From an uncultured bacterium (lineage in GTDB: Bacteria; Bacillota_I; Bacilli_A; RFN20; CAG-826), in NCBI GenBank assembly GCA_949297445.1, contig CASFSS010000006.1, positions 31,228-95,227 of the forward strand: 64,000 bases of DNA. Direction: 5' to 3'. This document shows, one piece after another, positions 47,115-55,968 of the stretch. Position 1 is the stretch's first letter; every line of letters starts with the position of its first letter. A program made the translations under genes and the position numbers. The notes under the pieces were generated by a model. That model saw only the letters and a program-made list of their open reading frames with translations, made no database searches and was not told the origin of the DNA.

Positions 47115-49232
47115 ATGAAAAAGAAATTACTATTTCTATTACCGATATTCGCGTTGGCTTTAGTTGGCTGTGACGAAACAACCGAAACTACTGATACAAG
47201 TAGCTCGAGTGATACAACAACAACCAGCGTCGAAGAAGGACCTTGGAATGATGATTTAGTCGAAGGTGAAACGGCATTTAGTGCTGTTGCAAGCCTTGAA
47301 GAAAACGCTTGGGTTACAGTCCGTGGTACTGTGGCCGGCACAAGTGGATCGTCTTTTTCGCTATATCGTAATGGCGAATGGCTTTATGTCTATAATATTC
47401 AAAGTTCTTCAACACCTGATTTAATCGAAACCGGTGTTCCTTCAGGTGCATATATTGAATTGACTGCCCAAAAATCATCATATTCTGGTTCTGTTCAATT
47501 AACTGGTTATGTTGATGGTGCCTATTCTACTGGTCGTAAGATTACCGTAATTCAAGATGAAGGACAGACTATTGTTCCTCTTGAATATGCTAGTATCAAT
47601 GACTATGAACCAGCAATGGCCGGTGCAATGGTCGACATTACCTTAATGGCCACTGAGGATTGTGAGTTCGTCGTTTCAACCAGTCGTCAAGATTTAGAGT
47701 TTGGCGATTTGCTCAATCCAGATGCTGATTTCCAAGTTCGTTTAGAACAATATCATACCGAAGAAGTCATGCAAGCATTAATAGATGCAATGCCAAAATT
47801 CGAAAAATATCATTATTATGATTTCTATGTCATGGCAACCCAAACTTCAAGTGGTTGGCGTGCAGTTATCGTCGATACTTCAACTGTTGTTGAATCAGAG
47901 ACCGACCCATATGAACCTCCGGCGGCTGAAACAGTTAATCTTTATCCTGTCTCAACAGCTGATAGTCCTATCGAAATTACCTACGGCTATACAAGCAAAG
48001 TATCCGTCGATATTTCTCCTGCCTTAGCTGAACAAGACTTAACAATTACTGTTCAAGAAGGTGCTCCATTTACCGTTTCAGAAGTTTCTAATGCTTCTGT
48101 AACTATTACTCCAACAGTAAATGCCACAAGTGAAGTCTATACAGTAAAATTTGCGGCGACTAGCAATCCTGAGGTCTACGCAACTACTTATGTTAAAGTC
48201 TTAGAATCGACTGCAGTCGCAACTGACTTGCCAAATGGCACATATAGTGTCGTTGTCAATAAAGGAAATTCTGCTGCATTAGGTACCGAATATACAACCG
48301 AAGCCGTCGACATCGAATATACCATTTTAGCTAATACTACCAGTGCTAATTATCCAACTCTCGCTGGTACATGGACTGCTGGCAACCGTCAAAATCCAGG
48401 CTATGATGAGATTGATGTCAACAAAGGTGCCGGAGTCGTATTCACAGCTCCAGATAATGCTAAAATAACAAATATTGCTCTTGATTTTTATAGATACGAA
48501 AATATCAAAGTCTATGACGGCACAGATACAACTACCGCAATCGTTGGCACTGATTTACCAGCTAGCAGCCAAGGTGGAAGCTTAAATAAAAATTATGCGT
48601 TAAGTGGAGATAACAACGTTGTGACCCTACTTAATGACAGTACATATAGTAATTCTGTCTTCACCTTTACTTTGACTGTCGTTGTTGGTGATGGCCAATC
48701 AACAGGTGGCGATCAAGGATTACCAACCTTAGATGGTTATAATCTCGTTGCAACCTACGATTTTTCCAGCTTAACTGCTAAAGGAACTGCGCTAGATGCT
48801 ACTTCCGCACTTCAAAAAATCTCTAGTTGCTATGTCGATGGAAGCAACGCTACTGGCAATCCATTAACCGCTATTGGTTCCGAAATCGCCAAAATCTATG
48901 ATGGAAACGGATCAGGTGGTGCCTGGGAAAATACCGCTGGATTATTAAAATTCGGAACAGGCTCTGTAAACGGCGTCTTACCATTAGTATTCAATACCAA
49001 CGTCGATGCGGTTGTTATTAACTGCCATGACTGGTACACATCAAGCGATCAATATCCAACTAATTCCAATACTGTAACTGTCAATTCTGAAACTCCAGTT
49101 CTAGCACCTTATAACACAACTGGTGCTGGCGAAGATGTCGTCTTTGAGTTAGCTGCTGGCACAACAGATATTACAATTACCTCAGCATATCGTATCTTTG
49201 CTTTTGAAATTAGTGTTTTCGCCAAAGCTTAA
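47115..49232 (+). CDS. large surface lipoprotein, family unknown
   Basis: Signal peptide MKKKLLFLLPIFALALVGC with a lipobox, a Ser/Thr-rich linker and 705 aa of beta-rich sequence. AAGGAG ribosome-binding site. The N-terminal module (WVTVRGTVAG...YIELTAQKSSYSGSVQLTG) looks like an OB fold. Confidence 0.85.
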   Translation: MKKKLLFLLPIFALALVGCDETTETTDTSSSSDTTTTSVEEGPWNDDLVEGETAFSAVASLEENAWVTVRGTVAGTSGSSFSLYRNGEWLYVYNIQSSSTPDLIETGVPSGAYIELTAQKSSYSGSVQLTGYVDGAYSTGRKITVIQDEGQTIVPLEYASINDYEPAMAGAMVDITLMATEDCEFVVSTSRQDLEFGDLLNPDADFQVRLEQYHTEEVMQALIDAMPKFEKYHYYDFYVMATQTSSGWRAVIVDTSTVVESETDPYEPPAAETVNLYPVSTADSPIEITYGYTSKVSVDISPALAEQDLTITVQEGAPFTVSEVSNASVTITPTVNATSEVYTVKFAATSNPEVYATTYVKVLESTAVATDLPNGTYSVVVNKGNSAALGTEYTTEAVDIEYTILANTTSANYPTLAGTWTAGNRQNPGYDEIDVNKGAGVVFTAPDNAKITNIALDFYRYENIKVYDGTDTTTAIVGTDLPASSQGGSLNKNYALSGDNNVVTLLNDSTYSNSVFTFTLTVVVGDGQSTGGDQGLPTLDGYNLVATYDFSSLTAKGTALDATSALQKISSCYVDGSNATGNPLTAIGSEIAKIYDGNGSGGAWENTAGLLKFGTGSVNGVLPLVFNTNVDAVVINCHDWYTSSDQYPTNSNTVTVNSETPVLAPYNTTGAGEDVVFELAAGTTDITITSAYRIFAFEISVFAKA

Positions 49233-49251
49233 TCGATTAATCTGATTAAAT

Positions 49252-49282
49252 AAAAAGGGACCCATTAGGGTTCTTTTTTTAT
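49252..49282. terminator. bidirectional intrinsic terminator between the lipoprotein gene and htpG
   Basis: AAAAAGGGACCC-ATTA-GGGTTCTTTTTTT, with an A-run on one side and a T-run on the other, between two convergent stops. Confidence 0.8.
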
Positions 49283-49296
49283 ATTAAATTATTTCG

Positions 49297-51237
49297 TCAT
49301 TCACCAATTGCTTTTAATAGCAATTCATTGAGACGTTTGACAAACGAAGCTTTATTCTTTATGTCAATGCCTTCTAGTAACATTGCTTCATCATATAATA
49401 ATTTAGCGTACATCTTCGTTTCCTCATCGTTTTGTACCTTTATAATATTTTGGAACAATTGGTGGTTAGGATTAATTTCTAAAACTTTTTTCGCCTTGAC
49501 TTCTTCCCCTTCTTTTCGGGTCGGATCGTTATTCAATGTTTCGGCCATATTCATCGATAAACCATCTTTGGTTTTTAAACAAACTGGAGCGTTGACTAAA
49601 TCGAGCGAGAAAGTAACTTCGTCAACATCCTCTTTTAACGCCTCGCGCACATTGTCGATGAAGCGCTTATTTTCAGCGATTAAAGTATCGATTTTTTCTT
49701 TTTCTTCTTCGCTAGGTGTTTTCGCATCTACCATGGAAATATTTTTAAACGGCTTTTTGTCGTAGTCGTTCATCATCATGATGACAAAATCGTCAATCTC
49801 ATGGTCGCATAGTAAGACATCTTCTTCCTTTTGACGATAACTATCAAGCTGCGGCAACATCTTAATTTGTTCCAAATTTTTGCCCGCAACATAATATATT
49901 TCTTTTTGCTCTTTGGACATCTCTTCGACATATTTCTTCAAAGAAATATATTCATCACCGTGCTTTAGTGTTTTAAATAGTAACAAGTCTTGCAACAAAT
50001 CTTTCTTTGCACCATAAGTAGAATAGATACCGAATTTAATGTGGTCACCGAAATTTTTATAAAAGCTTAAATATTTCTCATAATCGTGCTCTTTTAAATC
50101 TGTTAGTTTATCGACTATTTTCTTTTCAATATTTTCTTCAATGCGTTTTAATAGTGGTGAACTTTGGAGCATTTCACGCGAAATGTTTAATGAAAAGTCA
50201 TTGCTTTCTACTAAACCTTTAACGAATTTTAAATAATCAGGAATTAGCTCTTTACACTTTTCTTGGATGAAAATGCCTTTCGCATATAAATCCAATCCTT
50301 TCTCGTAATTTTCGCTATATAAGTTATATGGAACATGGCTAGGAATGAATAACAAAGCATCGTAACTAATTCGCCCGTCGACATGAAGCGAGAGATACGT
50401 TAAAGGATTTTCATAATCATAAAATTTATTTTTATAAAATTCATTGACCTCTTCTTCCTTCAACTCTTTTTTGCTCTTTTTCCATAACGGAATCATCGAA
50501 TTAAGTGTCTCGCTTTCAATCGATTCAACATATTCGTCTTTGATCGACTGGCCCTTATTGTCTAATTTTGGCTCTCGTTTCTTAACATCCATCACAATTG
50601 GATAACGAATATAGTCGCTATATTTTTTCACCAATTCGCGAATTTTATATTCGTGAAGATATTCGCCATATTGAACGCCGTCTTTTTCATCTTTTCTTAA
50701 ATAGATGCGCACAATAGTTCCATTATTGTCCTTTTGGGCTTCTTCAATGGTGTAATTTTTCTTTCCATCGCTAGTGAATAAATAAGCGGTGGTTTCAAAA
50801 GGAGATTTTGTCAACACCTCGACCTTATCGGCCACCATGAAGCAGGAATAAAATCCGACACCGAATTGACCGATTATTGAAATGTCGTCGGATTTTTTGG
50901 CATCTTTTAGTTTACTGAGGAATTCCTTACTGCCCGATTTTGCAATTGTTCCTAAATTATCAATTAATTCGGTCTTGGTCATACCAATACCGTTATCTTT
51001 GACAACGATTGTTCGTTCTTTTTCGTTAGGAATAATTTCAATTTTATAATCTAATATTGGCAATTTATTAGACTCGGTTAAGGCTGCAAATTTGTATTTA
51101 TCAATTGCATCGGAAGCATTAGATATAACTTCTCTTAAAAATATTTCTTTATTGCTATAAATTGAATTAATCATCAAATTTAGCAATTCTTGTGATTCGG
51201 CTAGAAACTCTTTTGTTTCTTTCATATCGATCACCAT
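49297..51237 (-). CDS. htpG: molecular chaperone HtpG (Hsp90)
   Basis: Hsp90 N-terminal signature LLNLMINSIYSNKEIFLREVISNASDAIDK and GQFGVGFYS. The start may instead be the second ATG at 51225 (MKETKEF). Confidence 0.95.
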   Translation of the reverse strand: MVIDMKETKEFLAESQELLNLMINSIYSNKEIFLREVISNASDAIDKYKFAALTESNKLPILDYKIEIIPNEKERTIVVKDNGIGMTKTELIDNLGTIAKSGSKEFLSKLKDAKKSDDISIIGQFGVGFYSCFMVADKVEVLTKSPFETTAYLFTSDGKKNYTIEEAQKDNNGTIVRIYLRKDEKDGVQYGEYLHEYKIRELVKKYSDYIRYPIVMDVKKREPKLDNKGQSIKDEYVESIESETLNSMIPLWKKSKKELKEEEVNEFYKNKFYDYENPLTYLSLHVDGRISYDALLFIPSHVPYNLYSENYEKGLDLYAKGIFIQEKCKELIPDYLKFVKGLVESNDFSLNISREMLQSSPLLKRIEENIEKKIVDKLTDLKEHDYEKYLSFYKNFGDHIKFGIYSTYGAKKDLLQDLLLFKTLKHGDEYISLKKYVEEMSKEQKEIYYVAGKNLEQIKMLPQLDSYRQKEEDVLLCDHEIDDFVIMMMNDYDKKPFKNISMVDAKTPSEEEKEKIDTLIAENKRFIDNVREALKEDVDEVTFSLDLVNAPVCLKTKDGLSMNMAETLNNDPTRKEGEEVKAKKVLEINPNHQLFQNIIKVQNDEETKMYAKLLYDEAMLLEGIDIKNKASFVKRLNELLLKAIGE

Positions 51238-51271
51238 CCTTTCGTGTTTAGAATGTATTATAGCACAATTT

Positions 51272-51298
51272 TTAGCACTGTAAAGACAAGAGTGCTAA
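51272..51298 (-). promoter_or_regulatory. CIRCE (HrcA operator) overlapping the htpG promoter
   Basis: TTAGCACTG-N9-GAGTGCTAA, one mismatch to the consensus TTAGCACTC-N9-GAGTGCTAA. On the minus strand a TGCTATAAT extended -10 (-10 hexamer at 51257-51262) follows it. Confidence 0.85.
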
Positions 51299-51377
51299 TT
51301 TTTCTTTCCATAGGAAAAACACCGAATTTTCGAAAGAAAATGAATAAAATTTAGAATATGTGTATAATTTAATTGCT

Positions 51378-53579
51378 ATGAACGCTCCTTCAAATAATAA
51401 AAATGACGAAAATAAGTTGCACACATTCGAAGAAGTTCGCGAACGTTATTATGTCTATATAACAAAAAAAGAATCGCGCGACCTCGTAGAACGAGCGTTT
51501 TTATTTGCAAAAAAAGCGCATGAAGGTCAATTTCGTCGTTCGGGAGAACCCTATTATCATCATTTGCTTGAAGTCGTATATATTTTAACGTCTTTATCTT
51601 GCGGTCCTTCCACTTTAGCGGCGGCCTTTTTGCACGATGTCGTTGAAGACACGCCGGTAACATTAGATGAAATTGAAGCAAATTTTGGTAAAGATGTCAC
51701 TTTGATTGTCGACTCATTGACCAAAATACAGCGTTTAAAACTGTCACATCGCCAGGAAGACGATTTTGTCGCCGAAGATCATCGTAAAATCTTTTTAGGA
51801 ATGGCAAAGGATGTGCGAGTTATTTTGATCAAGCTGGCCGATCGCTTGCACAATTTAAGAACCTTAGACGCCCTCTCGAAGGTACGTCAACAAGTTATTG
51901 CGAAAGAGACGCTCGATGTATTTGCCCCCATCGCCCATCGACTAGGTATCAATACCATTAAAAGTGAGCTCGAAGATTTATCGCTAAAATATTTACATCC
52001 GGAAATCTATAATGACCTACTACAAACATTAAATCAAAGAACAAAAAATCGCACCAAATCGTTAGAAGGTCTTAAGAAGCGAATTGCCGATATCTTATTC
52101 GAACATAATATACCTTTCACGATGGAAAGTCGCGTCAAGTCGATATATTCTATATATCGAAAGATATACGAAAAAGGACATAATATCGACGAAATATACG
52201 ATCTATTAGCCATCCGTGTCATAACGAAAACGGAGCTAAATTGTTATGAAATTTTAGGCTTAATTCACGCGACCTATAAACCGATTCCTGGCCGCTTTAA
52301 AGACTACATCGCCGTGCCTAAACCGAATATGTATCAATCGTTACATACTTGTATCATTTCTGGCGATGGCAATATCTTTGAAATCCAAATTCGCACCGAA
52401 GAAATGGATGAAGTGGCCGAAACAGGAATCGCCGCGCACTGGCGTTATAAAGAAGGTTCGAATTATAACGCCAAGCAAGAACAAAAAGAAATCGAAGAAC
52501 AATTGCATTGGTTTCGTGATTTAGTAAACATTTCCGAAGAAGATTATAATGCGAAGGACTACATGTCGAGCTTAACGCACGATATCTTTGAAGCGAATGT
52601 CTATGTTTTTACTCCGCGGGGAAAAGTAATTGACCTCCCTAACGGATCGACGCCACTAGATTTTGCTTACAAAATTCATACTGGCGTTGGCGATAGCGCC
52701 ATCGGTGCATTGATTAATAATCAATTAGTGCCGCTTAACACGACCTTAAAAACCGGCGATGTCGTCGAAATCAAAACCTCAAAAAACTCACCTGGTCCTA
52801 ACGAAGGTTGGCTAAAGATTGCTAAAACAAACTTTGCCCGTTCCCACATTCGCAAAGTGATTGCCAAGAAAAATGCCGCCTTAATGAAAGATGAAAATCT
52901 TGTTAAAGGAAAAGAAGCTTGTCTTGAAACATTTAAGGCATGTGGCAAAACGGAAACTGAAATGAATAGTTACTTATCTGATGCCAATCTTTTAAGCAAT
53001 TTTCACGTCAAAGATCTCGAGGAATTATATCTTGCGGTTGCTCGTAAAGGCATCACGCCAGGCGCCATTGTCGATTTTCTTAAATTAAAGCGCGTTAAAG
53101 AAAATAAAATTTCTTTAATGAAGGTTGATTCTAACCCTTCTTGTCCGGTGTATGTCAAAAACGCTGGACGAATCATGATAACGCTTGGAAGCTGCTGCAC
53201 GCCAATTCCTGGCGACGATATTGTCGGATATATTACGAAAGGAAAAGGTGTGACTGTCCATCGCAAAAATTGTCCAAACATTCAAGAAAGTCAACGACTC
53301 ATCGAAGTTTATTGGAAAGAAGATTTGGGGTTAGCCACTTATCCTGTTGACATCAAAATCGAAGCTAACGACCGCGCAAGCCTCCTCGTCGATATTATGG
53401 GACTATTTTCTCAACACAAAATACCTGTTACTTCGATATCAGCTAAGATGCATCCTAACACAATGACATCAACCATTTCGGCCACTATCTATGTGAGCGA
53501 CGCCAAGGTGCTGACCGATATATTCAATGTCATTACCAATGTGACAGGTGTCTATGAAGTGGCTAGAGTCATTCACTAA
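51378..53579 (+). CDS. relA: bifunctional (p)ppGpp synthetase/hydrolase RelA/SpoT (Rel)
   Basis: HD domain (HHLLEV...HDVVEDT), synthetase motifs (YKPIPGRFKDYIAVPKPNMYQSLHT, EIQIRT), and TGS and ACT domains. I preferred the ATG at 51378 because the GTG at 51360 lies inside a TATAAT box. Confidence 0.93.
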   Translation: MNAPSNNKNDENKLHTFEEVRERYYVYITKKESRDLVERAFLFAKKAHEGQFRRSGEPYYHHLLEVVYILTSLSCGPSTLAAAFLHDVVEDTPVTLDEIEANFGKDVTLIVDSLTKIQRLKLSHRQEDDFVAEDHRKIFLGMAKDVRVILIKLADRLHNLRTLDALSKVRQQVIAKETLDVFAPIAHRLGINTIKSELEDLSLKYLHPEIYNDLLQTLNQRTKNRTKSLEGLKKRIADILFEHNIPFTMESRVKSIYSIYRKIYEKGHNIDEIYDLLAIRVITKTELNCYEILGLIHATYKPIPGRFKDYIAVPKPNMYQSLHTCIISGDGNIFEIQIRTEEMDEVAETGIAAHWRYKEGSNYNAKQEQKEIEEQLHWFRDLVNISEEDYNAKDYMSSLTHDIFEANVYVFTPRGKVIDLPNGSTPLDFAYKIHTGVGDSAIGALINNQLVPLNTTLKTGDVVEIKTSKNSPGPNEGWLKIAKTNFARSHIRKVIAKKNAALMKDENLVKGKEACLETFKACGKTETEMNSYLSDANLLSNFHVKDLEELYLAVARKGITPGAIVDFLKLKRVKENKISLMKVDSNPSCPVYVKNAGRIMITLGSCCTPIPGDDIVGYITKGKGVTVHRKNCPNIQESQRLIEVYWKEDLGLATYPVDIKIEANDRASLLVDIMGLFSQHKIPVTSISAKMHPNTMTSTISATIYVSDAKVLTDIFNVITNVTGVYEVARVIH

Positions 53580-53641
53580 ACCATTTAATACTTGTTATTA
53601 AAAATGTTACATGTGAAAATAAATTTGTAACATTCATAATT

Positions 53642-54590
53642 ATGCCTAACCAAACTAACGACAACGATTTTTTTGTTTTTAATGAAGGCCAAAAAGGGAA
53701 AGAATTTTTTGTTGCCGGTTCTGAAATTAATGAGATTAAAACTTTTATAGACCCGACTGAATTTAACGAAAATTATGTTAGCGATTTAAAGGAACATAAA
53801 AAAATCGTCACAAAATAGTAAACTTTTTACAGTCGGTGCTTCCTTTGCTTCTGCAACCGGTGGTGCTTTAATAATTATTTTTTCTTACATTAGCACGCTT
53901 CAACCGGTGAAAAGTGTTTTGGCTGTCAGCTTATTAACCGATTCTATCATGCCTAACATCGCTTCGATAAAGTGCGCATTTAACGTTGAAGAAACAATTG
54001 ATGAAACATTATATGGCACGATTTATACCATCGACGGAATAAAAATGGATGAAAAAGAAATTTATAAAAATGATGAGTTAAATATTTATCAATGTCTATT
54101 TAGTAATCTAAGTCCGGCAACAACATATTTTGTTTCAGTTTCTTTAGAAAATGGTGAAAGAAGGACTGATTTAGGGCAAGTTTCTACCATCGCTATACCT
54201 ACTTACGATATAACATATGATTTAGTAGCCTTTGAAGATTATGTTCATGGCACATTCACAATTGATAATCCTAATCAATATTTAATTAAGGCGGATTTGT
54301 ACGCTGATGAACTATTAATCGCTAGCAAAGAGACATCCATTGAAATGATTGTTTTCGATACTATCCCAACTGTAGCTAGTTGTCGATTAGAACTATTTCA
54401 AGAAGGTTATCCCGTCGGCGCGTTGGATTTTGATGTCGACTTTTCACTTATTTATGTCAGAATGCATGAAAATGGCGCTTATCCAACAAGCGCACCTACA
54501 TCTTTTCCTTTTGTTTTAGAAGATGGATATAGCGAGCAAATAAATGTGCCATTTAGAGCATTTGACATTTATAGTGTTATTTCACTATAA
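53642..54590 (+). pseudogene. membrane-anchored beta-rich (FN3-like) surface protein gene split by a +1 frame change at an A7 tract
   Basis: ORF A (53642-53818, 58 aa, soluble) ends at TAG. The other frame is open from 53790 and encodes a TM helix (KLFTVGASFASATGGALIIIFSYI) with no start codon before the ribosome-binding-site-less GTG at 53907. Deleting one A of the A7 tract at 53798-53804 fuses them into a single ORF of about 315 aa. Confidence 0.55.
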
Positions 54591-54619
54591 TAATTAGGCT
54601 TATTAGAGGTAATTTTATA

Positions 54620-55945
54620 ATGAAAGTTAATCCAGTAAAAGGCGTCCATGATATATTTGACAAGGATGCCTTAGACTTAAAAAGAATCGAAACAATTGCC
54701 GCAATGGTGGCAAATAATTACGGCTACTCACCAATTGTTATACCCACCATTGAACAGACTGCCTTATTTGCGCGCGATATAAAAGATAGTAGCGACATGG
54801 TCACAAAAGAGATGTATACTTTTTTAGATAAGGGTAATCGCTCCTTGTCGCTACGACCAGAATTTACGGCCGGCATTATTAGAGCAATTGTCCATAATAA
54901 ATTATATGCGCTAGACGATTTACCCCTTCGATTATTCTATGAAGGCTCTTGCTTTCGCTATGAACGCCCACAAGCTGGTCGCTACCGCGAATTTCACCAA
55001 CTAGGCGTTGAGTTAGTTGATGAACCATCGATTTATAACGATGTCGAAGTCCTTTTACTAGGCTATCGAATAATTACTGCGCTTGAGATTCCTTGCCTTG
55101 TCAAAATTAATTATTTGCCCAAAAAGGAATCGCGTGAAAATTATCTAAATGCGCTAAGAGATTATTTTGCGCCACAAGCGGATAAATTATGTGAAGATTG
55201 TCAAAGACGATTATCAACTAATCCTCTTCGCATTTTAGATTGCAAAGTATCTGATTGCCAAAAAATAATTGCTAACGCCCCTAAAATCAACGATTATCTT
55301 TCATTAGAAGAAATTAGTGAATTTAATAAAATTCAATCGCTCATCAAAGAGAGCGAAGTTGATTTTACTTGTGATTCAACCCTCGTGCGTGGCCTAGACT
55401 ACTACTCGGGTCTCGTCTTCGAATATCATATCGATAGTAGCTCGGGCGATTTAGTTGGCGCCGTTGGTGGTGGCGGTCGTTACGATAAACTCATTGAAGA
55501 ACTCGGTGGACCTGCCAATTTGGTAGGCATAGGCTTTTCTTTAGGACTCGAACGCCTCTTATACGTCTATCAAAATAGCGATAATTATGAAGAAAGCGAC
55601 AAACACATCGCCTTCTATTTTATAAGTATGGATGAAAAGGCTTTACCGATTGCCTTTTATACGGCCGAGTTGATTCGTTCCGAAATTGGATTGCCTTGTT
55701 ATTTTGAGCCGCGTGTAAAAAGCGCTAAGAGCGGTCTACGCGCCGCCAATAAGAAACATGCCTTATATGCTGTCATTATCGGCGAAGAGGAAGTAGGAAA
55801 AGGCATTGTATCAATTAAAAATTTAAAAAGTGGTGAGCAAACTGGCGTTGATATGTCCAATCTTATTAGCGTTTTAACCAACATATTTGATGAAGAAAAC
55901 GAGGATCTTGATGGCGAAGATGTTCCACAAACAAAAAAATCTTAA
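54620..55945 (+). CDS. hisS: histidine--tRNA ligase
   Basis: Class II motifs (LRPEFTAGI, FRYERPQAGRYREFHQ, GGGRYD). 441 aa. Confidence 0.95.
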   Translation: MKVNPVKGVHDIFDKDALDLKRIETIAAMVANNYGYSPIVIPTIEQTALFARDIKDSSDMVTKEMYTFLDKGNRSLSLRPEFTAGIIRAIVHNKLYALDDLPLRLFYEGSCFRYERPQAGRYREFHQLGVELVDEPSIYNDVEVLLLGYRIITALEIPCLVKINYLPKKESRENYLNALRDYFAPQADKLCEDCQRRLSTNPLRILDCKVSDCQKIIANAPKINDYLSLEEISEFNKIQSLIKESEVDFTCDSTLVRGLDYYSGLVFEYHIDSSSGDLVGAVGGGGRYDKLIEELGGPANLVGIGFSLGLERLLYVYQNSDNYEESDKHIAFYFISMDEKALPIAFYTAELIRSEIGLPCYFEPRVKSAKSGLRAANKKHALYAVIIGEEEVGKGIVSIKNLKSGEQTGVDMSNLISVLTNIFDEENEDLDGEDVPQTKKS

Positions 55946-55968
55946 TAGAAGAAGAGTAGGTATTACAT

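Noticed and set aside
53798-53804. Programmed -1 ribosomal frameshift or transcriptional slippage at the A7 tract
   Set aside because: The downstream frame is +1, not -1, relative to the upstream ORF. Seven A residues is short for efficient transcriptional slippage, and I saw no downstream stimulatory structure. A DNA-level indel (phase variation, mutation or sequencing error) is more parsimonious.
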